NCBI GenBank assembly: GCA_963796285.1
Contig: CAWCKW010000013.1
Span: 550,442-614,441, forward strand
Direction of reading: 5' to 3'
DNA: 64,000 bases
DNA from: Nitrospirota bacterium
Lineage (GTDB): Bacteria; Nitrospirota; UBA9217
In this document: piece after piece, positions 1 to 9,910 of the stretch
Numbering within the stretch: the stretch's first letter is position 1
How the letters are laid out: each line of letters starts with the position of its first letter
The notes under the pieces: generated by a model
Seen by the model: the letters and a program-made list of their open reading frames with translations, nothing else
Databases searched by the model: none
Told to the model about the DNA's origin: nothing
Translations under genes and position numbers: made by a program

Positions 1-357
1 GACGTGGACTACATCAGCGCTCATGGCACCGGAACCATTGCAAACGATCGTGCGGAATGCGCTGCTATTAAGGAAGTTTTCGGATCTTTGTATAAAAAAA
101 TACCGGTAAGTTCAATAAAATCCATGCTCGGCCATACAATGGGCGCAGCCTCGGCATTGGAGGCAATTGCGTGCGCCCTTGCTATAAAAAACGACATTAT
201 TCCTCCGACTATCAACTTTGAAACACCTGATCCGGAATGTGATATCGACTGTGTTCCAAATCAAGCGAGAAAGCACAATGTGAGGATTGCCTTAAATAAT
301 TCATATGCATTCGGAGGCAATAATGCCTCTTTGGTTTTAAAAAAATATAATGAGTAA
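1..357 (+). CDS. fabF: Beta-ketoacyl-ACP synthase II (FabF-like), C-terminal part; truncated by the window edge
   Basis: Motifs [21 protein letters not shown] and [10 protein letters not shown] of KAS I/II. Confidence 0.9.
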   Translation, partial: DVDYISAHGTGTIANDRAECAAIKEVFGSLYKKIPVSSIKSMLGHTMGAASALEAIACALAIKNDIIPPTINFETPDPECDIDCVPNQARKHNVRIALNNSYAFGGNNASLVLKKYNE

Positions 358-363
358 GGAGTC

Positions 364-600
364 GTAACAGCAAATGACTTAAATGTTTAAAAAGAGATAG
401 TATCAATAATCGCAGATATTTCAGGGTTTGATGAGAATGAGATAACCCTTGAAACAAATTTTCAGAAGGACTTGGAAGTGGATTCCATAAAAACGATTGA
501 GATCACCGTGGCAATTGAAAAAAAATTTAAGATATCGGTAAGAGATGAAGATGTCCCCAAAATAACCACGGTTAAGCAAGCCGTAGAAGTTGGTAAATAA
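364..600 (+). CDS. Acyl carrier protein; 5' end damaged (TAA at 388-390, no clean start codon), probably a sequencing error
   Basis: Not in the ORF track. The frame from 391 reads KEIVSIIADISGFDENEITLETNFQKDLEVDSIKTIEITVAIEKKFKISVRDEDVPKITTVKQAVEVGK*, with the ACP phosphopantetheine motif DL.VDS. SD-like AAGGAG at 356-361. Confidence 0.85.
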
Positions 601-625
601 ATCTGCTTAATCAAGGATACTGCAA

Positions 626-2043
626 ATGATACGGGCTGATCAGGCATCATATGATGCTGTGATAATAGGCGCGGGCATTGGCGGCCTCGTATGCGGGTGT
701 TATCTTGCAAAGGCGGGCATGAAAGTGCTGATTGCGGAGCGGCATTTTAAGCCTGGTGGTTATTGCACATCGTTTAGACGAAAGGGTTTACGTTTGATGC
801 CGCTGCTCATTCAATTGGTGGTTATAAGCATGGACATGTCGGGAAAGTTTTCAGAGTTTTAGACATTGAAAAGAAAATTAAAATTATTAAGATTGATCCT
901 TCAGATATCATCATCACACCTGATTATGAAATCTCCTTTTGGTCAGATATAAAAAAAACAATTGCTGAATTACAGACAAGTATTTCCTGAATGAAAGCGA
1001 CAACATGCTAAATTTCTTTAATTTCTTAATAAACCCATCGCCTCATTATTTTGCTCGCATAAGAAGATGGACTTTTAAAAGATTTATTAGATCAATATTT
1101 TATTAATGAAAAGTTAAAGACTGTTCTTTCTTTTCCGCTATTCGGGAATGGTGGGTTACCGCCTTCATTAATGTCTGCCTTTATTGGGATTAAAATTTAT
1201 CAGGAATTTCTTCTCGATGGTGGATATTATCCTGAGGGTGGCATGCAAAAATTATCAGATGCATTGGCAGAGAGAATGATCGAGTTTGGTGGCGAAATAA
1301 GATTATCTTGTCCTGTTAATAAAATACGAGTTGCAAATGGGAAAATCTCAGGTGTCATTTTAGAAAAGGCTGGTTTCATACCTTCCAAATATGTAATATC
1401 TAATTGTGATGCACGACAAACCTTTTAAGCTTATTGGGCGTTAATATAGTCGGCCAAGAATTTTTAAACAGTATTAGGATACATGATCCCGTCACTTTCA
1501 GGATTCATTTTATATTTAGGTATTGACAAAGATTTTAATAGAATTACCCCAACCTGGAGCTAACCTATGGTATCTGTCAAATTATGATTTAGATGATGCA
1601 TATTCCTCGACAAAAGAAGGTTGTTTTAATAACATAGATGGATATGTTATGTCATATATCTCCAGATAAAAGAACTATCTTTGCCTTTCATGCATGCGCC
1701 TTTTAAGAATGAGAAATATTGGAGATGCCACAAGAAAAGAATCAAGAATTTATTGATTAATAAAATTGCTTCAGACGCAATTCCTGAATTAGAAAACACA
1801 TATAGTCTATAAAGATGCTGCTACACCTCATACATTACACAAATATACCTTAAACTATCAAGGTGCTGCTTATGGATGGGCAAGCTTACCATCACAATTG
1901 GCAATATCGGACCTAAAAAAACCCTCTTTTATTCAGGGATTTTTATCTGACAGGACACTGGACAACACATGGGCTAGGAATATCCCGGCGTTATTTATAT
2001 AGGGTCTGATACTGCAAACTCCATAATAAAAAAAGAAAAATAA
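626..2043 (+). CDS. FAD-dependent oxidoreductase, phytoene desaturase (CrtI)/retinol saturase-like; multiply frameshifted
   Basis: N-terminal DAVIIGAGIGGL..G..LAK.G.KVLIAERHFKPGGYC Rossmann motif; central GGYYPEGGMQKLSDAL; C-terminal pieces ATPHTLHKYTLNYQGAAYGW and LTGHWT, in shifting frames. Confidence 0.8.
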
Positions 2044-2045
2044 TG

Positions 2046-2054
2046 TGGTATAAT
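2046..2054 (+). promoter_or_regulatory. Extended -10 promoter element (TGgTATAAT) upstream of the sensor kinase
   Basis: TGGTATAAT immediately after the oxidoreductase stop codon, about 80 nt before the kinase 5' end. Confidence 0.5.
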
Positions 2055-2130
2055 CTTATAGTTAGGAATGACGAAAAGCGTAAACTATAGTGCATTCTAC
2101 TTTAAAGCAACTTTATTTTAACGCATATTA

Positions 2131-4298
2131 ATGGATAAGAAAAGATTATATCGAAAATGAAATGACCAAATTACTTCAATACTGGGGGTCGTTAGTATTT
2201 GGCCTGGGAGCAGTTGTTATTTTATTATTAGGCATATTAGATTATTTTGTTACCCCAGAAAATTTCTGAAAATTTATTAATTTATAGATTAGCGGCTGCT
2301 TCTTATAATTTTCGTTCTATATTTTATCAATAAACAAAAATTAAATAAACATTTTCAGATAAGTATATTTGCACTATCTATTATCATAGTCGCTGGTATG
2401 GTTGAACTAATGATTCTTTCTTTCGGTGGTCATCAATCGACTTATTATGCGGGGATGATAATTATTTTCATGTTTATTCTTGGATTTCTCCCCTTTTTAT
2501 CCATTCACAATACCTTTATTATTCGCAACCTTTATCATATTTGATTTATTTAGTACCAATCTTACTTTTGACAACATAACGAATATGCGAATATTTATTA
2601 ATAATAATGTCTTTTTGCTCGCGGTAATTAGCATTGGTATTATATTGCGATATCTATAATGGTCGATATTATAAGATAACTGCAAAAAAAATTGTCTCTC
2701 GAGTACGATCTTTCCAAGGATAAAGAACAGCTTGAAAGCTATTCCCACCAACTTAAAGACATGGTCGAAGAGCGGACAAAGGAACTCACGAATCCGAGCA
2801 GTGGCACCGGTCCCTTTTTGAGAACGCGACGGACGGCATTATCGTCATGGACAAGAACAGCATTATCGTGAATGCGAATGACAAGGCCTGCGAAATGCAT
2901 GGCTTTACACGAGAGTCGTTGATCGGCGCCCATATCAAGCTTTTGGTGGGCGACAATGACACAATGTCAAGGAAAACGCGCCGGATCCTGGACGGTGAAT
3001 CGCTTGTATTTGAGGCAAAGAACAATAGGAAGGACGGCACCTCCATATACGTAGAGATCAGCTCCAAGGCCATCACCATCGGCAATGAGGTCTTCATACA
3101 GTCGTTCTACCGTGATATTACTGAAAAGAAGAAGTTCCAGGAACATGTGTTGCAGTCTCAGAAGATGGAATCCGTCGGGGTCCTCGCCGGCGGGATAGCC
3201 CACGACTTCAATAATATTTTGACCGCCATCCTCGGCCATACTGATCTCATTCGCCGGTTTGCCGTGTTGAACGAAAAGGCGACACGCAGTCTGAACGTTA
3301 TCGAGGATGCTTCACGACGGGCGGGGAGGATGATCTCAAAACTGCTGGGCTTTGCGCGGAAAAGCAAGCACGAACGTACGCCGATCAACCTGAACGACGT
3401 GGTGTATGAAACAATCAAACTGCTCGAACAGGTCTTCAAAAAGAGCATAGATCTGAGCGTGGAACTTGACAACCGGCTCCCCTTGATCCAGGGCGACGTT
3501 AATCAGATGGAGCAGGTCATCATGAACTTCCTCGTCAATGCCCGTGATGCCATGCCGAATGGGGGACGCATCGTCATCAAGACTCAAGCCAGGACGGTCG
3601 TGAAGGGCATGCCGGATGTGCCGCCGTATGTCCCTCCCGGGGAATACGTCCAGATCAGCGTCTCGGACACCGGCACGGGGATCCCCGAAGATATTAAGAA
3701 TAAGATCTTTGAGCCGTTCTTCACAACGAAGGAGCCTGGAAAAGGCACTGGGCTCGGCCTATCCATGGTCTACGGGGCCATCAATGACCATCAGGGATAT
3801 CTCTCTGTTGAGAGCACTCTCGGCGTCGGAAGCGTGTTTACCGTATTCCTGCCGGCTGCGGCCCCTGCGACAGTTGCCGGAACAAAGGAAGCCGTAAGCC
3901 CGGGCAGTGGAAAACAAACCCTGCTGATCGTGGATGACGAACAGGATATTCTGGACATCATGCGGGATTCGCTCGAGAATCAGGGGTACAAGGTGTTTGC
4001 AACCGGCGATTCCACGGTTGCCATAGACATCTACCGAAGGATTTTTCACGAAGTCGCGCTTGTTATTACCGATATCGTCATGCCCGGCATTGACGGCAGG
4101 GAGCTGATACGGCAGATCAAGGTGATCAATCCCGATGTTAAGGTTCTCGCGATTTCCGGTTATACGAAATATGTTGGGGAAAAAGAGGACATCAAGGATA
4201 TAGACGGTTTTCTCCAGAAGCCGTTTGAATCATATTATCTGCTATCCGTGGTGAAGCGAATACTCGAAGCGAAGACAAAAAAATTCATCCCCGTCTAA
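2131..4298 (+). CDS. Hybrid sensor histidine kinase: multi-TM sensor, coiled coil, PAS, HisKA, HATPase, REC. 5' third frameshifted; intact ORF is 2847-4298
   Basis: ORF 2847-4298 has PAS, H-box [15 protein letters not shown] boxes ([26 protein letters not shown]) and a receiver (VDDE, ITDIVMP, KPF). Upstream frames give hydrophobic segments ([25 protein letters not shown]; [30 protein letters not shown]) and the linker [12 protein letters not shown]. Confidence 0.85.
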
Positions 4299-4369
4299 CG
4301 GAACATCCCCTCACAGCCGATCGCTCGTTTTGAGTATAACCTCGTTTCCAGGCAATAAGGCGTCCATCA

Positions 4370-5212
4370 TCATTGACGCGGTGCCTCTAAAAGATGTTCC
4401 GGTGTCATTTCCGTCAGGGTGAACACAAAGGACCCGAAGGCGAGTTTGCTCTTCATGAGCACCGGGACTCTCCGGTTATCGTCCGTAAGCCAGATGAAGA
4501 CTTCCCCCTTGTTCATGAAAACCCCCTGGTATTTGGGGTAGGTTTTGACCTTGACCGTCGCGAACTCGCCCATGGGCGTCTTCAACCTCTCTCTGCCCAG
4601 GGTATGGATCTCGATGGACCAGTTTTTGCTGCTATCGTGGACTTCGATGGTAAAGATCTTGCCCACGACGAAGTCTTCCCTCGTCCGGAGATAGTACAGC
4701 ATCGACAGGCCATCCTGTACATGCTCCGGGACGGCCAGGGTCTCCGCAGGATCTTCGTTCAGCCTGCTGACCACGATGTTTCGTGCGTGGTCAAATGCCA
4801 GCTCGCGGCGTCTCTTCTTCCCTCCATAGCTTTCCCGGAGGCGGTACGAAAGGCTTTCCCGTGTCTGTGGGTCGAAGATGCTCTCAACCGAATCGTTCAC
4901 CGGATAGACCTTGTCGAGCAGACCCACAGAGCGGCCCGTTACGACAAGCTTGAGACCATCCCGTCCGTCAGGCAGCTTTTCCTCTTTGACCTCCATGGTC
5001 GCGGTCCCGGCACTGATCATCCTCGACCAGCTGATATCGTACGTCAGGGTTTCCCCCGGGAAAAATGCGTCGATGAGCGGCGCACGGGAGGCAATCGGCT
5101 GGTTTTCCGCTGTGAATACGACGGGAGCAAGCCCCAAACCAAGGGTGAGGGCGCACAGAACAGCTGTTATCCGGAGGGCCTGTTGAAATGCGCAGCGTGA
5201 AGGGTGTGCCAT
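4370..5212 (-). CDS. Exported DUF3108-like protein
   Basis: Signal-like N-terminus; GETLTYDISW..ISAGTA, QDGLS.LYYLR and WLTDD.RRVPV pattern. Confidence 0.7.
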   Translation of the reverse strand: MAHPSRCAFQQALRITAVLCALTLGLGLAPVVFTAENQPIASRAPLIDAFFPGETLTYDISWSRMISAGTATMEVKEEKLPDGRDGLKLVVTGRSVGLLDKVYPVNDSVESIFDPQTRESLSYRLRESYGGKKRRRELAFDHARNIVVSRLNEDPAETLAVPEHVQDGLSMLYYLRTREDFVVGKIFTIEVHDSSKNWSIEIHTLGRERLKTPMGEFATVKVKTYPKYQGVFMNKGEVFIWLTDDNRRVPVLMKSKLAFGSFVFTLTEMTPEHLLEAPRQ

Positions 5213-5366
5213 GAAACCAGCGTAGCAGAACAATGAGGCATAGTCAACAGAAGAGACGATACTTCCGGATATTTCGCAGCTGGCCGCTAAAGAACGGGCG
5301 AAGCAGGTCCGGTTATACCGGTTGTTGTCGAGAAAGGCGTGTTGAGAGGAATGTCTCTTTATTGGT

Positions 5367-5410
5367 GAGATCCTTCACGGAGGCTATCTTGAGCGACGCG
5401 AAGGAGTGAC
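5367..5410. repeat. Degenerate REP-like element (GAGATCCTTC...TGAGCGACGCGAAGG type)
   Basis: gagatccttcacggaggctatcttgagcgacgcgaaggagtgac resembles common palindromic intergenic repeats. Confidence 0.35.
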
Positions 5411-5422
5411 CGGTGAGGCGGA

Positions 5423-6001
5423 TTATTTCAGCATTCGTTCATCAAACAAATAGGATGCATTTTGCTTTATTCTACTGTACACGGCTGACGCTTCGTCGTG
5501 TCTGCTGCTCTTTTTTGATTTCAGTCTTATGGCAAATACCTGCCGAATTTGTTTGAGAGCATCATCCCACCTGTTCAAATCACACAAGGCAGCGGCACGG
5601 GCCGTTAGAATGGGGGAATAGTTAGAACTGCTGAAATGATTCGCCAACGCTACTGCTTCTTTGGACTTGTTTGCTGTTCTAAGCACACTACACAGGATAG
5701 CCGCAGTTCCTATATGTTGTGGTCTCTGATCATGCACGTGTCGAGCCAACTGCAAGGCTTTTGGAATCTGTCCTTGATATTGCGCTCTCTTGGCTTTTCT
5801 CAACAGCTCATCCATATTATCTGCAATCGCTTTATCCCGTGCTGTAACCTTACCAGAAGCTAGGAGGGTATTAAGCTTTGAGCTTACCGCTGTTGGTGGT
5901 TCAAGGTATGTTTTTCTATCGAACCATCTTTTTCCATTCCAGATAAATTGATTGCCCTCGAAACTAATGGTTATGGTTCTAGGCATTTTATAACTCCTCA
6001 C
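5423..6001 (-). CDS. Hypothetical basic protein with a TPR-like helical C-terminus; lower GC than its neighbours
   Basis: 192-aa ORF; helical pairs such as ARAAALCDLNRWDDALKQIRQV. Confidence 0.6.
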   Translation of the reverse strand: MRSYKMPRTITISFEGNQFIWNGKRWFDRKTYLEPPTAVSSKLNTLLASGKVTARDKAIADNMDELLRKAKRAQYQGQIPKALQLARHVHDQRPQHIGTAAILCSVLRTANKSKEAVALANHFSSSNYSPILTARAAALCDLNRWDDALKQIRQVFAIRLKSKKSSRHDEASAVYSRIKQNASYLFDERMLK

Positions 6002-6147
6002 CCTGTAAGATCATCCGCTTACGGAACTATATATTATAACGCAAATTCATCCGTCAAGGAAATAGGAGGAAAGTATTATTTTTATTTTAGCTTTTAATCA
6101 GGAAAACAACCTTGATATGATCCCGAGCAGTTCGAGGTACATCCTGT

Positions 6148-6335
6148 TTATTGTTTGTACTGCATGAGCTGTCCGGGGAAGAGAGCAACCTCATGGATGA
6201 GCCCCACCGCCTGTTCCCTGGCGGCCATATGCTTGAAGACCGCGACTCAGTTGCCGTTTTCTTCAGGTTGGGCGATGTCGTCGCAGCCGATGAAGATGTT
6301 AGTAAGAGGACGGGAGAGGGCGAAACACTGTAATA
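6148..6335 (-). pseudogene. Remnant resembling an aldo/keto reductase C-terminus
   Basis: Reads CFALSRPLTNIFIGCDDIAQPEENGN*VAVFKHMAAREQAVGLIHEVALFPGQLMQYKQ*, similar to the AKR ending ALS.P....IIGCD.I.QLEEN. Internal stop and no N-terminal part. Confidence 0.5.
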
Positions 6336-6418
6336 ATTCCCTCCTAGTGTATCATGGCAGACGGGACGCATTGCGCGCAAAGGAACCTACCTTCTTATGG
6401 TACCCAGGTTCTTTTCTG

Positions 6419-6988
6419 CTATGCAATAGCCTTCCCGATCGAGAATGCATCTCCGATATATTCACCGGCCTTATGATACGTGAGCGCATCAGGCACAAAC
6501 AGTATCGGCTTTATTTTCCGGATATCCGGCTGGCCGTTTTCTCCGAGCATCGACTCCTCCGACTTGACATCAAGGATCTCACCGATGAATTGCGTATGCA
6601 GACCGATCTCAAAGGTGTGAATCACCTTGCATTCCAGAACCAGGGGAAATTCGAGGATAAAGGGAGCGTCCACCAGTTCGCTCCTGACCGGAGTAAGTTT
6701 TGTGGCGGAAAACTTGTCGACATTTTTACCGGAAACGATGCCGAAATAATCCGCCTCTTTAGCATACTGTTCTGAAGGGACGTTCAGGGTGAACGCTTTT
6801 TTCTCCATGACATTGCCGTAGGTGTAGGTAGCTTTTCGAAGCGCGATGGCAACACAGGGCGGCTTTGAGCAGCAGATGCCACCCCATGCGATCGTCATTG
6901 CGTTCGGCTTTCCGTCCTTGTCGTATGATCCCACGATCCATACCGGTATGGGATAAATGAGCGTTTTAGCGCCCAACGATTTTTTCAT
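6419..6988 (-). CDS. Flavin reductase-like FMN-binding protein (flavoredoxin family)
   Basis: [33 protein letters not shown] and ECKV...[10 protein letters not shown]; SD AGGAG before ATG 6988. Confidence 0.85.
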   Translation of the reverse strand: MKKSLGAKTLIYPIPVWIVGSYDKDGKPNAMTIAWGGICCSKPPCVAIALRKATYTYGNVMEKKAFTLNVPSEQYAKEADYFGIVSGKNVDKFSATKLTPVRSELVDAPFILEFPLVLECKVIHTFEIGLHTQFIGEILDVKSEESMLGENGQPDIRKIKPILFVPDALTYHKAGEYIGDAFSIGKAIA

Positions 6989-7128
6989 AGGACTCCTCCT
7001 GAACAGGCATGACTGCAAAGTACAATGAACATGACAAGTGGACCGGGTCCCGGCGGCCAGGTTCCGGCTGCTGTCCGTTCATTGATTGGTGAACAGGGTA
7101 CAGAATAATCGATACGGACAGCCCTGCC

Positions 7129-7346
7129 TTAGTTTTTATGCGTTTCCGGTTGAGGGGTTTCCTCTTTTGCCGGCGCCTCGTTCTTCTGCTCCATTTTCTT
7201 GCACGCATCGCATGGCGCTTCACACTTCATCCCGGATTTCATCATATCTTTCATCTCGGACATCATGGCGTCCACCTTGTCCATCATCCGGGCTGCTGCA
7301 TCTTCAGGGTATCTTTCATCATCCCCATCATTTCCTGCATCATCAT
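7129..7346 (-). pseudogene. Met-rich small protein fragment (possible Cu/Ag-binding type); frameshifted and 5'-truncated
   Basis: Joined frames read MMMQEMMGMMKDTLKMQQ / MMDKVDAMMSEMKDMMKSGMKCEAPCDACKKMEQKNEAPAKEETPQPETHKN*. Confidence 0.5.
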
Positions 7347-7381
7347 CCTCTCCCCGGCGGGGAGAGAGTTGGGTGAGGGGG
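7347..7381. repeat. CCTCTCCC-n-GGGAGAG type palindromic REP-like element
   Basis: cctctccccggcggggagagagttgggtgagggg forms a hairpin. Confidence 0.55.
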
Positions 7382-7508
7382 ATTCCGTGGGAATGTCTTT
7401 GAAGACTCTTCGCTCTCTTTGTCTTGCTTGACTTCTTTTCTGCTGTATAGCTGGAACGAGGAGCGGGGTCGGCGAAATGAGTGGCGCCTCAGCGTCCAAG
7501 ATGCGTGG

Positions 7509-8534
7509 TCACAATTTCACCTCCCGCAAATACGTTGCGGCATCCTCAGGCGGAGTCGGGTTGATATAGAATCCGGAGCCCCACTCGAAGCCCGCGACGC
7601 GCGTGAGCCGTGGCATGATCTCAAGGTGCCAGTGGAAATCGTCATTCAGGGTGTGCCAGTGGCCGCTGCGCGGGACACGGTTCGGCGCGGAATAGAGCAT
7701 ATAATTGTAGGGCGGGTTCTTCAGCACCTTCCCGAGACGCTGGAGCGTATGGCGGAGCGTCCGGGAAAAGTCCATGATCTCTTCCTTGGAAATATCCACA
7801 TAGGAGCACTGGTGCTTCTTGGGATAAATCCAGGTCTCGAAGGGAAACCGCGGCGCGAAGGGAACAATAACCAGAAAGTGGCGTGTTTCTTCAACCACCC
7901 GTTCAGGCGTTGCCAGCTCCTGCCTGATGATGTCGCAGAAAACGCACCGCTCTTTATAGTCATAGTATGATTTCGCGCCGTCCAGCTTTTCCTTCACGAA
8001 CTTGGGGATGATCGGCGTGGCGATGATCTGCGAATGGGGATGGTTCAGTACCGAACCCGCGGTCCAGCCCTGGTTCTTGAAGACCAGCACGTAGCGGAGC
8101 CGGCTGTCCCGCTCAAGATCGAGGATCCGGTCACGGTAGGACCAGAGAACTTTTTCAACCTGGTTCTCGGAAAGCTCCTCGAGCCGAAGCGCGTGCTCCG
8201 GGCTTTCAATGATGATCTCGTGGGCACCGATGCCGTTCATCCAATCGTAGATGCCGCTGCCCTCGCGCTCAAGGGTACCTTCGATGTGCAGCACGGGGAA
8301 CTTGCTCGGGATCACGCGCACCCACCAGCCGTTGGCATCCGGCGCCGACTTCTCGGCGCGGAACGATGCGATCTCCTTTGGGGTCTTAGCTTCATTGCCC
8401 CTGCAGAAGGGGCACTCCGCCGGCGTTACATCATCGACCGGCTCTTCGAACGAATACTCTGCGGGATTTTTCGGACGGTCGGTGGAAACGATGATCCACC
8501 GGCCAACAATGGGGTCTTTGCGCAAACGGGACAT
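7509..8534 (-). CDS. galT: Galactose-1-phosphate uridylyltransferase family (GalT / ADP-glucose phosphorylase-like)
   Basis: LRKDP, CPFC.GNE..TP, GAHEIIIE, catalytic HPHSQ, HWHLEI.PR, GFEWGSG.YINP. Confidence 0.85.
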   Translation of the reverse strand: MSRLRKDPIVGRWIIVSTDRPKNPAEYSFEEPVDDVTPAECPFCRGNEAKTPKEIASFRAEKSAPDANGWWVRVIPSKFPVLHIEGTLEREGSGIYDWMNGIGAHEIIIESPEHALRLEELSENQVEKVLWSYRDRILDLERDSRLRYVLVFKNQGWTAGSVLNHPHSQIIATPIIPKFVKEKLDGAKSYYDYKERCVFCDIIRQELATPERVVEETRHFLVIVPFAPRFPFETWIYPKKHQCSYVDISKEEIMDFSRTLRHTLQRLGKVLKNPPYNYMLYSAPNRVPRSGHWHTLNDDFHWHLEIMPRLTRVAGFEWGSGFYINPTPPEDAATYLREVKL

Positions 8535-8911
8535 CAGCCGCCCAACCTCGCCCGCTGCTCTGTCAGGATCTTATGCACGATCCGTTTCAGTTCTTTAATG
8601 CGGATGGGCTTGTTGATATATTCAGCGGCGCCAAGGCTCATTGCCTTGAGATAGCTTTCCACCTCGCCGTACGCTGTTACCATGATCACGTCTGTTTTTG
8701 ACCCCATCTTGCGGATTTCCTGCAGGAGTTGAAGACCGTCCATGCCCGGCATCTTAATATCCGTGATCACGAGATTAAAGGGGTTGCTTCTAAAAAAGCC
8801 CAGGGCCTCCTCACCACCACTGGCGAGGGAAACTTCATAGCCTTCATCGGTAAGGATCGTATTGAAAAGGTCGCGCGCGCCTTCTTCGTCATCAACAACC
8901 AGAATTTTCAT
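8534..8911 (-). CDS. Single-domain response regulator
   Basis: KILVVDDE, ITDIKMPGMDG, MVTAYG, KP; overlaps the galT start. Confidence 0.9.
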   Translation of the reverse strand: MKILVVDDEEGARDLFNTILTDEGYEVSLASGGEEALGFFRSNPFNLVITDIKMPGMDGLQLLQEIRKMGSKTDVIMVTAYGEVESYLKAMSLGAAEYINKPIRIKELKRIVHKILTEQRARLGG

Positions 8912-9044
8912 CAATTTTCCCCTAATATAGTGCTGTATAGAATAAATATCATAAAATTATGCAATCGTCAAGGTTCCCAAGTGCAACGCTTTTTTAAAGA
9001 AAGGGGAAAATATGCGCAGAGGGAAAACTTAGCAGGTTGAAATT

Positions 9045-9809
9045 TCAATGATTTAGTTCGAACAGGAGGCGCAGTCCCTCAAGGGTAAGGTGAGTTTTTA
9101 TTTCCTGAATGGTCTTTGTTTCCGGAAAAACCAGCTCAGCGAGACCACCAGTCGCCACGACCCTGGCATCGGGTGACAAATCCTTCTTCATCCGCTCCAC
9201 AATGCCGTCCACAAGACCCGCGTAGCCGTAAATGATGCCCGCCTGCATCGCGCTGATGGTGTCCGTGCCGATGACCTTCGCGGGCTTAACGAGTTCTACC
9301 CGCGGCAGCTTGGAAGCGCGCTGGAACAGTGCCTCTGCCGAGATCTTCATGCCCGGGCAGATGGCCCCGCCAAGGTAGTCGCCGTTCTTCGTGATTGCGC
9401 AGAAAGTGGTCGCCGTACCGAAATCAACAATGATGAGAGGCCCACCGTAAAGCTTATAGGCTGCGGCCGCGTTCACAATACGGTCCGCACCCACCTCTTT
9501 CGGGTTATCAGTGCGGATCGTAATGCCGGTCTTGAGCTCGTGAGTCACGACCATGGGCTCGATCTTGAAGTATTTCCGGGACATCTCGACCATTACCGGC
9601 AAGAGCGGCGGCACCACTGTCGAGATGATCACCCCGTGTATCTGAGTGAACTCGATTTTTGTGAAACCGAAGAGGTCCTTGAAGATCATGGCGTACTCGT
9701 CGGGCGTGATCTGCGTGTTCGTGCCGACTCGCCAGTTCTCGACGAGCTTTTCCCTGTCGAACACGCCGAGGACCACATTAGTATTGCCTATGTCGATGGC
9801 TAAGAGCAC
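9045..9809 (-). CDS. coaX: Type III pantothenate kinase
   Basis: LAIDIGNTN, VGADR, VDFGTATTF, ATGG. Confidence 0.95.
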   Translation of the reverse strand: MLLAIDIGNTNVVLGVFDREKLVENWRVGTNTQITPDEYAMIFKDLFGFTKIEFTQIHGVIISTVVPPLLPVMVEMSRKYFKIEPMVVTHELKTGITIRTDNPKEVGADRIVNAAAAYKLYGGPLIIVDFGTATTFCAITKNGDYLGGAICPGMKISAEALFQRASKLPRVELVKPAKVIGTDTISAMQAGIIYGYAGLVDGIVERMKKDLSPDARVVATGGLAELVFPETKTIQEIKTHLTLEGLRLLFELNH

Positions 9810-9827
9810 TTTTCCTCCCGAAAAATA

Positions 9828-9905
9828 AGGGTCAAGGGGCAGGGGTCATGGGTCAAGGATTGATCTTACGTTTTTGACGTTCCTTGACCCTTGCAACTTG
9901 ACCCT
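9828..9905. repeat. Inverted arrays of heptamer-like units (GGGTCAA / TTGACCC)
   Basis: agggtcaaggggcaggggtcatgggtcaagg ... ccttgacccttgcaacttgaccct, between birA and coaX. Confidence 0.7.
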
Positions 9906-9910
9906 GGATC

